A stretch of 64,000 nt of DNA from Eledone cirrhosa. Its lineage: Eukaryota. Shown in pieces: positions 39,866 through 54,264 of this stretch (within the stretch, counting starts at the first letter, position 1; every line of letters begins with the position of its first letter). A program made the position numbers and the translations under genes. Where the stretch lies: NCBI GenBank assembly GCA_964016885.1, contig OZ024743.1, positions 79,050,001-79,114,000 on the forward strand. Reading direction: 5' to 3'. The notes beneath the pieces were generated by a model that ran no database searches, was not told where the DNA came from, and worked only from the letters and a program-made list of their open reading frames with translations.

Positions 39866-40177
39866 AATTGTTTGTTTTATCATGTACCGGAACCATCTGT
39901 ACAACATGACAAGACACCACTCTATTTAGTCAATCAACATGCTAGAGCCACGTCTACACCCTACCATCTAAAGTTAAGACTACATCTGATAATATTAAGA
40001 CGTGATGGCCATCTTTGGAAAATATTTCATTATAATTCTCCTTTAACAGAGCTTTACTATAATCTAGACCAGGGGTCGCCAAACTTTCCAACCTCACGGA
40101 CCTCTAAATTCTTAATTTTAAATCCCGAGGACCATTAATATTAAATTTAAAAAAAAAGATAAATACGTTTGTAAAAT

Positions 40178-40547
40178 AATTGTTTCTTCTTTTGGCACAA
40201 GGCCAGCAATTACCAAGTGCATTACTGGTATTTTATTTTATCGACCTCGTAAGGATGAAAGGCAAAGTTAACCTCGGTGGGATTTGAACTCATACCGTAA
40301 AGGGCCGTAACTCTATGCTGCAAAGCATGGTCTCCGAACCTCTACCGATACTGCCAATCCACCTACGTTTGTAAAATAATTGTTTCTACTTTAGGCACAG
40401 GGCCAGCAATTACCCAGCGCATTACTGGTACTTTATTTTATCGACCCCGTAAGGATGAAAGGCAAAGTCAACCTCGGCGGGATTTGAACTCAGATCGTAA
40501 AGGGACGTTGCTATGCTGGAAAGCATGGCGTCCGGCCCTCTACCGAT
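40178..40547 (-). mobile_element. Two tandem SINE insertions inside the hAT element
   Basis: Reverse complement of the 19533 family; duplicated tacgtttgtaaaataat flanks the first copy. Confidence 0.85.
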
Positions 40548-42598
40548 AATAATCAGAGAACTTCCATGAAATGTACCTATTAATTAGAACAAAATTATAA
40601 ATGCTTATGTAATCCTAACAATATTATAAATGCTTATGTAATCATAACAATATTATTAAAGTTAGTTCATTACAAAATAATTGAAGCTTATTTAAGTATT
40701 AGACATTTTTAGTGTGATATTTGTTCCTGCTTGTTTGAAATAAGTTAATGGATGTTTGGCTCCAGTGATGTTACTGCAAGACGGAGAGCCGTTTTTATTT
40801 CAGGCCGAGGTACCGAGTTTTATTTGCTGTGACATGAAAATGGCTTTTCACACAAATATGTTGTTGAAAATTGAATCAAAATTTGCATTCCTTTTTAACT
40901 CAGCAAAGGGAATTCACTTTTTATGGAGAGTCAAAAATGAGGTATTCATAAAGATGACTGGAATTTAGATTTGAAACTGTTGTCAGATGCTAGATCGATG
41001 AGGCTTTCTTTTTCATTCGTGCTTAAATTGCTATCTTCAATGTTTCTTGCAAGCGGGTCTATTGTCCACATATTGCCATGTATGTGATCTTCCTTTAGGT
41101 AATAATGACCAAAAGATTCTGTGATTGATTGTAAGTACTGTTGAACAATGGTTACCACCTGCAGTTTAACATCCTTCTCTCATATATTCATCAACATTTG
41201 AAAACATTTGCAGATCTTCAGCTAACAGAGTTTTCCACAGTAATATTTTCTTTTGAAAAACATCCATTCTACCTTGTAGTGTGAACACGTCCTTAAGTTG
41301 TCATTGCAAGGATATGTTTAGTTCATTTATCAGCGAAAAGATGTCTGCCAGGTATTCAAGCTTGGCTACACACTCATCGTCGGACAAGAGTTCTTGAAAT
41401 TTCGGATTAATTTGCTGCTGGAAAAATAATTTGACTTCTTGGCGCAGGGTGAACAGCCAGGGGAGTATTTTGCCCCCCGAGAGCCATCTCACCTCAGCGT
41501 GAAGAAGGTGAGTAAACTGGGTATCAACTTCTTCACAACTGCCTCAAATATTTGAGAATTGTGCGCTTTGTATCGAATTTCATTTATAATTTTACTAACA
41601 TCTGATAATACTTCGTGTAGTTCTGGGGACATTTTGTTCTCTGAAAGTTTCTCACGGTGTATTATGAAGTGTGTAGACAAAACGTCTGGGTGACCAAAAC
41701 TTTTCACCTTTGCAACAATCCCTGGAAGTTGTCCAGTCATGTTTGCGGCATCGTCTGTAAATATCCCAATACATATTTTCCATTCAATTCCGTGTTCCAG
41801 GAAATAACTATTAAGTGCTTCAAAAATCTCCGAGCTAGTTGTTCTACCCGGCAAGTTGAGCGAACAAAGTAGTTCTTCCTGTAACTCTCCTTCACACTCA
41901 ACCCTCACAAAACAAAGAAGTGCCTTGTTAATAACGTCCATGGCGAATTGTTTATCATTTTTATAACTTGATTTTCCATATCTTCAGCCATATCTTCAAT
42001 TCTACGCTTGACAGTATTAGCAGACATAGGAATTACTTTCAGTTTCTCGACAGCCTGCTTTCTGCAAACCTCTTCACAGGCTTGTAACATGCAAGGCTTA
42101 ATTAATTCTTCTCCAATCGTATAGGTTTTTTTTTATTTTTCGCTACCTGAAGAGCTATCAGATAAGAAGCCTTTAATAAAGACATGTCTTCAACAGTCAT
42201 TTTTATTAAAGCACTTACTTGCTTTTGCATAATTTTACGCGTTCTTTGAAAATATTCAAGTGATTTCTAAATCCAGCTGTTTTGATAGCAAGTATCTTCC
42301 GAGTTTCGAAGGTTTCATGACATCATTGGATAAATTCTCATAACACACAACACAAGCGGCCGTGGATCCAGCTCACTACCAGCTTCTTGAATAAATCCAA
42401 ATGTCAAGGTCAAGTAGTTCAAATCATATTTTCTTGATACTTTGAGATTTCTCTTCTCTCCGCCTCCAGTTCGAATGTTCTTCCTCATGGTGCCTGATGA
42501 GGACTGTGGAGGCTCTGATTCATTGATCAGCTCACGGTTCAGTAAAGTATTACTATTGTTAGTATTATCATTAGTTACTTTGGTATTATTACAGAAAG

Positions 42599-42802
42599 AG
42601 GGCGGTGTAGGGCGGTGGATTGGCAGTATCGGTAGAGAGTCGGTCTCAATGCTTTGCAGCAAAAGAGTTACGGTCTTTTATGGTCTGAGTTTAAATCCCA
42701 CCGAGGTTAACTTTGCCTTTCATCCTTACGGGGCCGATAAAATAAAGTACCAGTAATACACTGGGATAATTGCTAGCCTTGTGCCAAAAGTAGAAACAAT
42801 TA
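42599..42802 (+). mobile_element. SINE inserted in the hAT element
   Basis: Full SINE flanked by the target duplication attattacagaaa. Confidence 0.85.
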
Positions 42803-43079
42803 TTACAGAAATACACTTGCTTTTTCTCACTCATTATGGGTTTATTCCATTGGAATCTAAGAACAAACAAGAAACGTTAGCTATCAAAGCCAAATAAAAT
42901 AAAACAATCGGATGAGAATCGGTATTCGCGGAGATTGTTGTAATGGTGGAAACAATACTGAAGTGTACACGTGTGTCATATTGTCGATAGATGATACAAA
43001 TGTGTAAAATTCTTTCATGGATGTTAGTTCTGTAGGGGGTTATAAAATATATTTTAACCGAAATATTATTTTTGTTTTT

Positions 43080-43232
43080 GGCGGTGGATTGGCATAGAGT
43101 TACGTCCCATTATGATCTGATTTCAAATCCCGTCGAGGTTAATTTTGCCTTTTATCCTTACGGGGTCGATAAAATAAAGTACCAGTAATGTACTGGCATA
43201 ATCGCTGGCCTTGTGCTCAAAGTAGAAACAAT
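43080..43232 (+). mobile_element. Internally deleted SINE inside the hAT element
   Basis: Same head and core motifs. Confidence 0.75.
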
Positions 43233-43427
43233 CATTAAAACATAAAAATTGCAAATAATGTCCAAATTTTTCTGCGGACCCCGACATTTTCTCGGGGCCA
43301 CAGGCTGGTGACCACTGATCTAGACTTAGCATGTCGTATGGAGCCTACCTTTTATATGGAGGTTGAGTAGAATCTTAGATAATCTTGACTGCTATGACCA
43401 GCAGATCAAGCAATTATGTAGAGGCTC

Positions 43428-43488
<61 letters not shown>

Positions 43489-43564
43489 GGTGGTGGTGGT
43501 GTTACCGCCGTTATTGTTGTTGCTGCTGTTGGTGTTGCCGTTGTAGGTATTGGTGACGTTACTG

Positions 43565-43625
<61 letters not shown>

Positions 43626-43637
43626 CACAACTACCAT

Positions 43638-43670
<33 letters not shown>

Positions 43671-43682
43671 CACAACTACCAT

Positions 43683-43715
<33 letters not shown>

Positions 43716-43845
43716 CACTACTACCACTACTACTACTACTACTACTACCACCACGACCACTAATACCACCACCACCACCACCACCACCACCACCACCAAC
43801 ACCACCACCACCACCACCAACACCACCACCACCACCACCATCAAC

Positions 43846-43901
<56 letters not shown>

Positions 43902-45871
43902 CATGTATAAAAACAAGAGCAACAATTTGGATTGAATGAACAAATGAATATATGAACAAGAAAGAAAGAATGAAAGAAAGAAAGAAGGAGAGAAAAGAAG
44001 AATGAAAGAAAGAAGTAATGTTAGCTTGGCTGGTATCTTGTGTATGAGCAGCATTTTTCTCTCTCCACGATCAACAATAACAACACCTACCACTACCAAC
44101 ACTACTACCACTACCACCACCACTACCACTACCACCACTACTACCACTACCACCACCACTACCACTACCACCACTACTTCCACTACCACCACCACTACCA
44201 CTACCACCAACACTACCACTACCACCACTACTACCACCAACACTACCACTACCACCACTACTACCACCAACACTACCACTACCACCACTACTACCACTAC
44301 TACCACTACCACTACCACTACCACTACCACCACTACTACCACTACCACCACCACTACCACTACCACCACTACTTCCACCACCACTACCACTACCACCACC
44401 ACTACCACTACCACCACTACTACCACCAACACTACCACTACCACCACTACTACCACTACCACCACCACTACCACTACCACCACTACTTCCACTACCACCA
44501 CCACTACCACTACCACCAACACTACCACTACCACCACTACTACCACTACCACAACCACTACCACCACTACCACTACCACCACTACCACCACTACCACCAC
44601 CACCTCCACTACCACCACTACCACTACTACCACTACCACTACCACTACCACTACCACCACTACTACCACTACCACCACCACTACCACTACCACCACTACT
44701 TCCACCACCACTACCACTACCACCACCACTACCACTACCACCACTACTACCACCAACACTACCACTACCACCACTACTACCACTACCACCACCACTACCA
44801 CTACCACCACTACTTCCACTACCACCACCACTACCACTACCACCAACACTACCACTACCACCACTACTACCACTACCACAACCACTACCACCACTACCAC
44901 TACCACCACTACCACCACTACCACCACCACCTCCACTACCACCACTACCACCACTACCATCATCCCCATCACCATCACCATGACTACCACCACCACCACC
45001 ACCACTACACCACCACTACCACCACCACTACCACCACCATCAACACTGCCACCATCACCACCACCACCACCACTACACTACCACTACCACCAACATAACC
45101 CCCACCCCACCCCACAATCACCCCCACCCCCACCCCACCACCATACAACACTACACCACCACCACCACCATACAACACTACACCACAACCACCACCACCA
45201 CCCCACTATACAACACTACACCACCACCACCACCACCAACACTATACAACACTACGCCACCACCACTATACAACACTACACCACCACCACTATACAACAC
45301 TACACCACCACCACCGTCACTATACAACACTACACCCCACCACCACTACACCACCACTACCACTACACCCCACTGCTACCACCAATATTACATCCCACCA
45401 CCACCACCAACACTACACCCCAACACCAACACTACACCTCCCACCACCATACAACACTACACCACCACCACCACTATACAACACTACACCCCACCACCAC
45501 CACCATACAACACTACACCCCACCATCAACACTACACCACCACCACCAGCACCACAACCAACACTACACCCCACCACCAGTAACAACACTACACCCCGCC
45601 CATCAACACTACACCCCACCACCACCACTTCAGAAACACTAACAACTTCAATAATATTGATTGCTTGCTCTCAACAACCAGAGAATAATTAGATAAAAAA
45701 AACAATCCCAACAACAATAACAATAACAACAATGACAACAATAACAACAACAATAACAACAACAATAACAACAATAATATCAACAGCAGCAGCAGCAACA
45801 ACAACAGCAGCAAGAACAGCAACACAACAACAACAACAATAACAACAATAACAACAACAACCACCACTACC

Positions 45872-45922
<51 letters not shown>

Positions 45923-46465
45923 GCAGCAACAACAACAATAAACACAACAACAACCACTAACACCACAACTACAACTACACCAACAACAACAACTACACCA
46001 ACAACAACAACAACAACAACCACCACCATAACAACAACAACAACACCACCACCACCACCACCACCACCACTACAACAACAACGACAACAACACCATAACA
46101 ATAACACCAACAACAACAACACCATAACAACAACAACAGCAACAACAACCACAACCACCACCACCACCACCACCACAACAACAACAACAACAACACCATA
46201 ACAATAACACCACCAACAACAACAACAACACCATAACAACAACAACAGCAACAACAACCACCAACACTACCACAACAACACCATAACAACAACAACAGCA
46301 ACAACAACCACAACCACCACCACAACAACAACAACAACAACAACACCATAACAATAACATCCCCACCACCAACAACAACACCATAACAACAACAACAACA
46401 GCAACAACAACCACCAACACTACCACAACAACAGCAACAACAACCACCACCAACAACAACAACAA
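43428..46465. repeat. Compound trinucleotide microsatellite region (GTT/GGT, ACT/ACC, CCA/CAA)
   Basis: Direct reading; explains the poly-T/V/H/L/C ORFs. Confidence 0.93.
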
Positions 46466-47053
46466 ACAAATCCAAACTAACAAATAAAGACACAGAGACA
46501 AAAGATAAGAAATATAAAAGAAAAGCCAATGTAACAAAATGTCTGCCGTTGTAAAGATTGTTGTGGAATCTGTAGAGACTACAGTGACATCTGCTGGTAT
46601 TTTACCTGAACTATCATCTTTCAATAGTATTGCTTGTTGGTTGGGGGAGTTCAATTATTACTTTATATATTTATAGATTTATATTGTATTTTTATATTTT
46701 AATATCATTAACATTATTGTTCTTGTTACTATTGTTGTTGTTGCTATTATTGTTGTTGTTGATATTGTTGTTATTGTTGTTGTCATACTTTTTTCCGTCT
46801 TCCTTTACTAATTTCAATATAAACACGCCCCTGCTGCTCCATATTGTAACTTGTAATGTCTCATTTCTTTAATACCCTTCTGGCAAATATATCAGTCTTA
46901 TTGTTGTTATTGTTGTTGTTGTTATTGTTGTTGTTGTTATTGTTGCTATTCGTTTTATATTATTTCTTTATATTTGTTTTGTGCATTTTACTCAGTTCCC
47001 TCCTTTCTCTCTCGTTCCCCCCTCTCACTCTCTCTCTCTCTCTCTCTTTCTGT

Positions 47054-47114
<61 letters not shown>

Positions 47115-47302
47115 CTTTGATTAGAATGCTGTTGAAGAGTGTATACATGTTTTGGGGCCCCCTGTATATATATATGTGTGTGCATATCTTCTTCTTTCTA
47201 TCTATTAACAACCCCTTTCCACTTTCACACACCCTCTCTATTTCCCCCACAACTCCCTTTCTATTTCACATGTGGAGATGTTGCCTTGTCATGGGTTCGG
47301 TT

Positions 47303-50300
47303 CTTTACCAGGTGTCACACTAAAGCTACCAGTTGTAATAGACCCTCTCACCTTTACCAGGTGTCACACTAAAGCTACCAGTTGTGATAGACCCTCTCAC
47401 CTTTACCAGGTGTCACACTACAGCTACCAGCTGTGATAGACCCTCTCACGTTTACCAGGTGTCACACTAAAGCTACCAGTTGTAATAGACACTCTCACCT
47501 TTACCAGGTGTCACACTAAAGCTAGCAGTTGTAATACACCCTCTCACGTTTATCAGGTGTCACACTAAAGCTAGCAGTTGTAATAGACACTCTCACCTTT
47601 ACCAGGTGTCACACTAAAGCTACCAGTTGTAATAGACACTCTCACCTTTACCAGGTGTCACACTAAAGCTACCAGTTGTGATAGACCCTCTCACCTTTAC
47701 CAGGTGTCACACTACAGCTACCAGTTGTAATAGACACTCTCACCTTTACCAGGTGTCACACGACAGCTACCAGTTGTAATAGACCCTCTCACCTTTACCA
47801 GGTGTCACACTACAGCTACCAGTTGTAATAGACCCTCTCACCTTTACCAGGTGTCACACTAAATCTCCCATTTGTAATAGACCCTCTCACCTTTACCAGG
47901 TGTCACACTACAGCTACCAGTTGTGATAGACCTTCTCACCTTTACCAGGTGTCACACTAAAGCTACCAGTTGTAATAGACCCTCTCACCTTTACCAGGTG
48001 TCACACTAAGGCTACCAGTTGTAATAGACCCTCTCACCTTTATCAGGTGTCACACTAAAGCTACCAGTTGTGATAGACCCTCTCACCTTTACCAGGTGTC
48101 ACACTAAAGCTACCAGTTGTGATAGACCCTCTCACCTTTACCAGGTGTCACACTACAGCTACCAGTTGTAATAGACCCTCTCACCTTTACCAGGTGTCAC
48201 ACTACATCTACCAGTTGTAATAGACCCTCTCACCTTTACCAGGTGTCACACTACAGCTACCAGTTGTAATAGACCCTCTCACCTCTACCAGGTGTCACAC
48301 TAAAGCTACCAGTTGTGATAGACCCTCTCACCTTTACCAGGTGTCACACTAAGGCTACCAGTTGTAATAGACCCTCTCACCGTTACCAGGTGTCACACTA
48401 AAGCTACCAGTTGTGATAGACCCTCTCACCTTTACCAGGTGTCACACGACAGCTACCAGTTGTAATAGACCCTCTCACCTTTACCAGGTGTCACACTAAA
48501 GCTACCAGTTGTAATAGACCCTCTCACCTTTACCAGGTGTCACACTACAGCTACCAGTTGTAATAGACACTCTCACCTTTACCAGGTGTCACACTAAATC
48601 TCCCAGTTGTAATAGACCCTCTCACCTTTACCAGGTGTCACACTAAGGCTACCAGGTGTAATAGACCCTCTCACCTTTACCAGGTGTCACACCAAAGCTA
48701 CCAGTTGTAATAGACCCTCTCACCTTTACCAGGTGTCACACTAAATCTCCCAGGTGTAATAGACCCTCTCACCTTTACCAGGTGTCACACTAAAGCTACC
48801 AGTTGTAATAGACCCTCTCACCTTTACCAGGTGTCACACTAAAGCTACCAGGTGTAATAGACCCTCTCACCTTTACCAGGTGTCACACTAAAGCTACCAG
48901 TTGTAATAGACCCTCTCACCTTTACCAGGTGTCACACTAAAGCTACCAGGTGTAATAGACCCTCTCACCTTTACCAGGTGTCACACTAAAGCTACCAGTT
49001 GTAATAGACCCTCTCACCTTTACCAGGTGTCACACTAAATCTCCCAGTTGTAATAGACCCTCTCACCTTTACCAGGTGTCACACTAAGGCTACCAGGTGT
49101 AATAGACCCTCTCACCTTTACCAGGTGTCACACTAAAGCTACCAGTTGTAATAGACCCTCTCACCTTTACCAGGTGTCACACTAAGGCTACCAGGTGTAA
49201 TAGACCCTCTCACCTTTACCAGGTGTCACACTAAGGCTACCAGGTGTAATAGACCCTCTCACCTTTACCAGGTGTCACACTACAGCTACCAGTTGTAATA
49301 GACCCTCTCACCTTTACCAGGTCTCACACTAAGGCTACCAGGTGTAATAGACCCTCTCACCTTTACCAGGTGTCACACTAAATCTCCCAGTTGTAATAGA
49401 CCCTCTCACCTTTACCAGGTGTCACACTAAGGCTACCAGGTGTAATAGACCCTCTCACCTTTACCAGGTGTCACACTACAGCTACCAGTTGTAATAGACC
49501 CTCTCACCTTTACCAGGTGTCACACTAAAGCTACCAGTTGTAATAGACCCTCTCACCTTTACCAGGTGTCACACAGGTGTCACACTACAGCTACTAGTTG
49601 TAATAGACACTCTCACCTTTACCAGGTGTGACACGACAGCTACCAGTTGTAATAGACACTCTCACCTTTACCAGGTGTCACACTAAGGCTACCAGTTGTA
49701 ATAGACCCTCTCACCTTTACCAGGTGTCACAATAAGGCTACCAGTTGTAATAGACCCTCTCACCTTTACCAGGTGTCACACTAAGGCTACCAGGTGTAAT
49801 AGACCCTCTCACGTTTACCAGGTGTCACACTACAGCTACCAGTTGTGATAGACCCTCTCACCTTTACCAGGTGTCACACGACAGCTACCAGTTGTAATAG
49901 ACCCTCTCACCTTTACCAGGTGTCACACTACAGCTACCAGTTGTAATAGACACTCTCACCTTTACCAGGTGTCACACTAAAGCTACCAGTTGTAATAGAC
50001 ACTCTCACCTTTACCAGGTGTCACACTACAGCTACCAGTTGTGATAGACCCTCTCACCTTTACCAGGTGTCACACTAAAGCTACCAGTTGTAATAGACCC
50101 TCTCACCTTTACCAGATGTCACACTACAGCTACCAGTTGTAATAGACCCTCTCACCTTTACCAGGTGTCACACTACAGCTACCAGTTGTAATAGACACTC
50201 TCACCTTTACCAGGTGTCACACTAAATCTCCCATTTGTAATAGACCCTCTCACCTTTACCAGGTGTCACACTACAGCTACCAGTTGTGATAGACCCTCTC

Positions 50301-51033
50301 ACCTTTACCAGGTGTCACACTAAAGCTACCAGTTGTAATAGACCCTCTCACCTTTACCAGGTGTCACACTACAGCTACCAGTTGTAATAGACCCTCTCAC
50401 CTTTACCAGGTGTCACACTACAGCTACCAGTTGTAATAGACCCTCTCACCTTTACCAGGTGTCACACTACAGCTACCAGGTGTAATAGACCCTCTCACCT
50501 TTACCAGGTGTCACACTAAGGCTACCAGGTGTAATAGACCCTCTCACCTTTACCAGGTGTCACACTACAGCTACCAGTTGTAATAGACCCTCTCACCTTT
50601 ACCAGGTGTCACACTACAGCTACCAATTGTAATAGACACTCTCACCTTTACCAGGTGTCACACTAAAGCTACCAGTTGTAATAGACACTCTCACCTTTAC
50701 CAGGTGTCACACTACAGCTACCAGTTGTAATAGACCTTCTCACCTTTACCAGGTGTCACACTACAGCTACCAATTGTAATAGACACTCTCACCTTTACCA
50801 GGTGTCACACTAAAGCTACCAGTTGTAATAGACACTCTCACCTTTACCAGGTGTCACACTAAAGCTACCAGTTGTAATAGACACTCTCACCTTTACCAGG
50901 TGTCACACTACAGCTACCAGTTGTAATAGACCCTCTCACCTTTACCAGGTGTCACACTACAGCTACCAGTTGTAATAGACCCTCTCACCTTTACCAGGTG
51001 TCACACTAAGGCTACCAGGTGTAATAGACCCTC
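47303..51033. repeat. 49-bp satellite, ~76 copies
   Basis: Monomer ctttaccaggtgtcacactaaagctaccagttgtaatagaccctctcac. Confidence 0.97.
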
Positions 51034-51109
51034 CCACCCTCGCCGTCAATGAGACCTTCATAAGACCCCCCCCCCAGGCTTGGAAGAGACTTTTAATTCC
51101 CCGCCACAA

Positions 51110-52010
51110 ACTTTCCTTCTTTCTCACTCTCTCACCTCTTCTCTCTCTTACTTCCCCTCTCTCTCACTCTTTATCTCTCTGTCTCTCTCTACCTCTCTCT
51201 CCCCCTACCTATCTATCTGTCTCTGTCTCCCTATTCCTATCCTGTTTCTCACCCTCTTTCTTTATCTGTCTCTCTCTGTCTCCCCCTCTCTCTCTCTCTC
51301 TGTCTCTCTCTCTCTCACTCTGTCTCCCTCTCTCTCTCTCTCTTTCTCTCTCTGTCTCTATCTCTCTGCAATTCTCTCTGTCTTCTCACCCCCTCTCTTT
51401 ATCTGTCTCTCTATCTCTCTGCACCTCTCTGTCTTCTCACCCCCTCTCTTTATCTGTCTCTCTATCTCTCTGCACCTCTCTGTCTTCTCACCCCCTCTCT
51501 TTATCTGACTCTCTATCTCTATCTCTCTGTCACTCTCTCTGTGCCTCTTTCTCTGTCTTCTCACCCTCTCTCTTTATCCGTCTCCCTCTCTGTCCCTCTC
51601 TATCTGTGTATCTCTGTCTCCTCATCTCTCTACTCTTCTATAACATCTCCCCCACTCTCTTCTCTCTTTTCACGTATTCAATATACTTCCTCTCATTCTA
51701 TTCCCCCTCCCACCATTACATACACTCTCTCTCCCCCTCTCTCCCCCTCCCTCACTATCTCCTCTCCCCCTCCCACACACATATATTCACCTCACTTCCT
51801 CATCTTTTATTCACAATTCCGATTACACACAAACGTTAGCGGATTAAATAAATTACTCCACACACTCACACATATTCACACACACACACACACTCACATA
51901 TATTCACACACACTCACACATATTCACACACACTCACACATATTCACACACACACTCACACATATTCACACACACACACTCACATATATTCACACACACA
52001 CACACACATT
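51110..52010. repeat. (CT)n-rich polypyrimidine tract followed by (CA)-rich repeats
   Basis: Direct reading. Confidence 0.9.
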
Positions 52011-52440
52011 ATAAAATGTGTGTAAAATACCGTAGAATTTAAAACATTCAAACATTAACTCAATAAGCACATTTATTTTCTAAATAAAAAAGTGACAGTG
52101 ACTTCGAAGTTTCATCTTAGTCGCCCAAAATCTATTGGCAGACATCTAAGGTGCAGTGGGACTGACCCTGAACCCCTGTGGTTGTGTAGTGAACTTCTTA
52201 ACTACATAGACATGGCTATTGTATCTGGTTGTGTATGAAATGTAGCAAGGTTACAATGTTATTAGTTCAGTATGGTATCGATCACTTTATGATGACAATA
52301 TATTGGGTTAATAGTTCAACAGGATGTTCAATACCGGATCAAGGATAATATTCCCGATAAACTGTATTGGTTTCAAATTTCGGAATATCTCGCTTAAAAC
52401 GATTCCATGTGACTGATGTTGCTTTACTGTAGCAATTATT

Positions 52441-52655
52441 TGGATTGGCAGTATCGGTAGAGGGTCGGACGCCATGCTTTGCAGCATAGAGTTACGGCCC
52501 TTTATGATCTGAGTTCAAATCCCGCCGAGGCTAACTTTACCTTTCATCCTTATCGGGTCGATACAATAAAGTACCAGTCACGTACTGGGGTCGATATAAT
52601 CGACTTTCCCCTCCCCCCAAATTGCTGACCTTGTGCCTATATAAGAAACCATTAT
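52441..52655 (+). mobile_element. tRNA-derived SINE (19533 family, longer variant)
   Basis: Same head, B box and core. Confidence 0.85.
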
Positions 52656-53203
52656 TGTCGTCAGCGCCCCTAGTGTCGAGCCACACGTTTTTATTTTTAT
52701 TTTAACTTACATCGTCCTGTACCACATGAAACCACATTAGCCAGACATTCTCGAAAAGTACACAACGATACTATAACATTAAATAGTGATGTCTTTGTTT
52801 CAGTTTACAGCAAATGTCTGTCCACGAGTATAGCTACTATAAATATATAGATTAACAAACTACATCAAACGACATTAGCTAGACATTCTTAAAAAGTACA
52901 AAACTCCATTATCTATGCATCATATTAAATATAGAAGCCTAATTTATTTAACTGCAGATGTATACATTGGTCTATCCCTTAATGTCTATATTTATGTCAC
53001 GTAACTTAACGGTCACACAAAAAAAGAGATCGATGAAATAAGAACCAGACATGTAAAAATAAGTACTGGTGCTGATTATGCGACTAAATCAATGTGGTGG
53101 CCCGGTTAAAGAATAGAGAAATATATATATATATATATTTCCTACTATGTCAAGTGTAAAACTAATAATATATATCTTGATTGTACTGTGTCGTTTGCCT
53201 TTT

Positions 53204-53286
<83 letters not shown>

Positions 53287-53503
53287 TTTTATTAAGGCTT
53301 AACTAGGGAGTCTTATACTGGAATTTCACCTATTTATCACAGCGAACTATCTAATGACCCTTTGATAAACAGGTGAAACTCCAGAGTTACAAGACTCACT
53401 ATTTAGCCTTAATAAAATGAATATTAAAACTCTACTTCGGTATTGAGTACTCCTTTCTCTCAGCCGCCAACCACATATGGCTATATATATATATATATAT
53501 TTC

Positions 53504-53791
53504 TTTAGGTTTGTTGGTTCACCACTGGATAGAATTGGTCATTCCGTATGGTCAATCTTGGTGTAATATTGTGGAGAGTACTCAACGTAGTGCAGTTCAC
53601 CCGTCTTCGTTTGTGTAGTTGGTGGTGCGAATACGGAGTTAATTATAAATAAAAATAAGGAGGCTGGACTGGTGTAAATCCTTGAAAGGTTTATTATACT
53701 TTGATCATTTCAATGACCGGGTTCCGTATGAATCCAGTGATATCATCAGATATTCGAAATATAACAAAGGAATATGTAAAAACCATGGGTC
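53504..53791 (-). mobile_element. Second copy of the hammerhead-bearing relic (hammerhead 53696-53753, U16.1 mutated to A)
   Basis: CTGATGA..GAAA-tgatca-AA-gtat. Confidence 0.7.
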
Positions 53792-53876
53792 AGTGTACAG
53801 CTACCCCCAGCATGGGATTAACTGATCTACTTACCATTCGGATTTTGGCTGCTCTGTGCTTTGTCTACCAGCGGTA

Positions 53877-53927
<51 letters not shown>

Positions 53928-53958
53928 CGTGTGTGTGAGCGTGTGCGTGAGCGTGTGC

Positions 53959-53999
<41 letters not shown>

Positions 54000-54153
54000 T
54001 ATTCACCAATATTTAAAAATAACTCTCTATTGTAAACGTTTCCCAGACATGTTCATTCATTATATATTTTTATGATCACACAAAATACAATGAACGTTTT
54101 ATTTTGTTTTCCTTCATAACATTCTCACACATCACTACTAACACACACACCCA

Positions 54154-54264
<111 letters not shown>

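Larger units (their letters stand above)
40070..43317 (-). mobile_element. hAT Charlie/Buster DNA transposon with disrupted transposase
   Basis: TIRs CAGGGGTCGCCAAAC / CAGTGGTCACCAGCC; 8-bp TSD ATCTAGAC at 40062-40069 and 43318-43325; fragments IPMSANTVKRRIEDMA, EELLCSLNLPGRTTSSEIF, IGIFTDDAANMTG, RWLSGGKIL, LEYLADIFSLINELNISLQ. Confidence 0.93.

Noticed and set aside
39674-39907. Poly-Gln ORF
   Set aside because: Translation of a (CAA)n microsatellite
39866-40061. Possible exon interrupted by the hAT insertion (joined with 43326-43427)
   Set aside because: Rejoined frames contain stops and no recognisable homology
44002-45642. 546-aa Thr/His/Pro-rich mucin-like ORF and overlapping poly-V/poly-H ORFs
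   Set aside because: Open in several frames on both strands because ACC/ACT/CAA repeats lack stops; no non-repetitive domain
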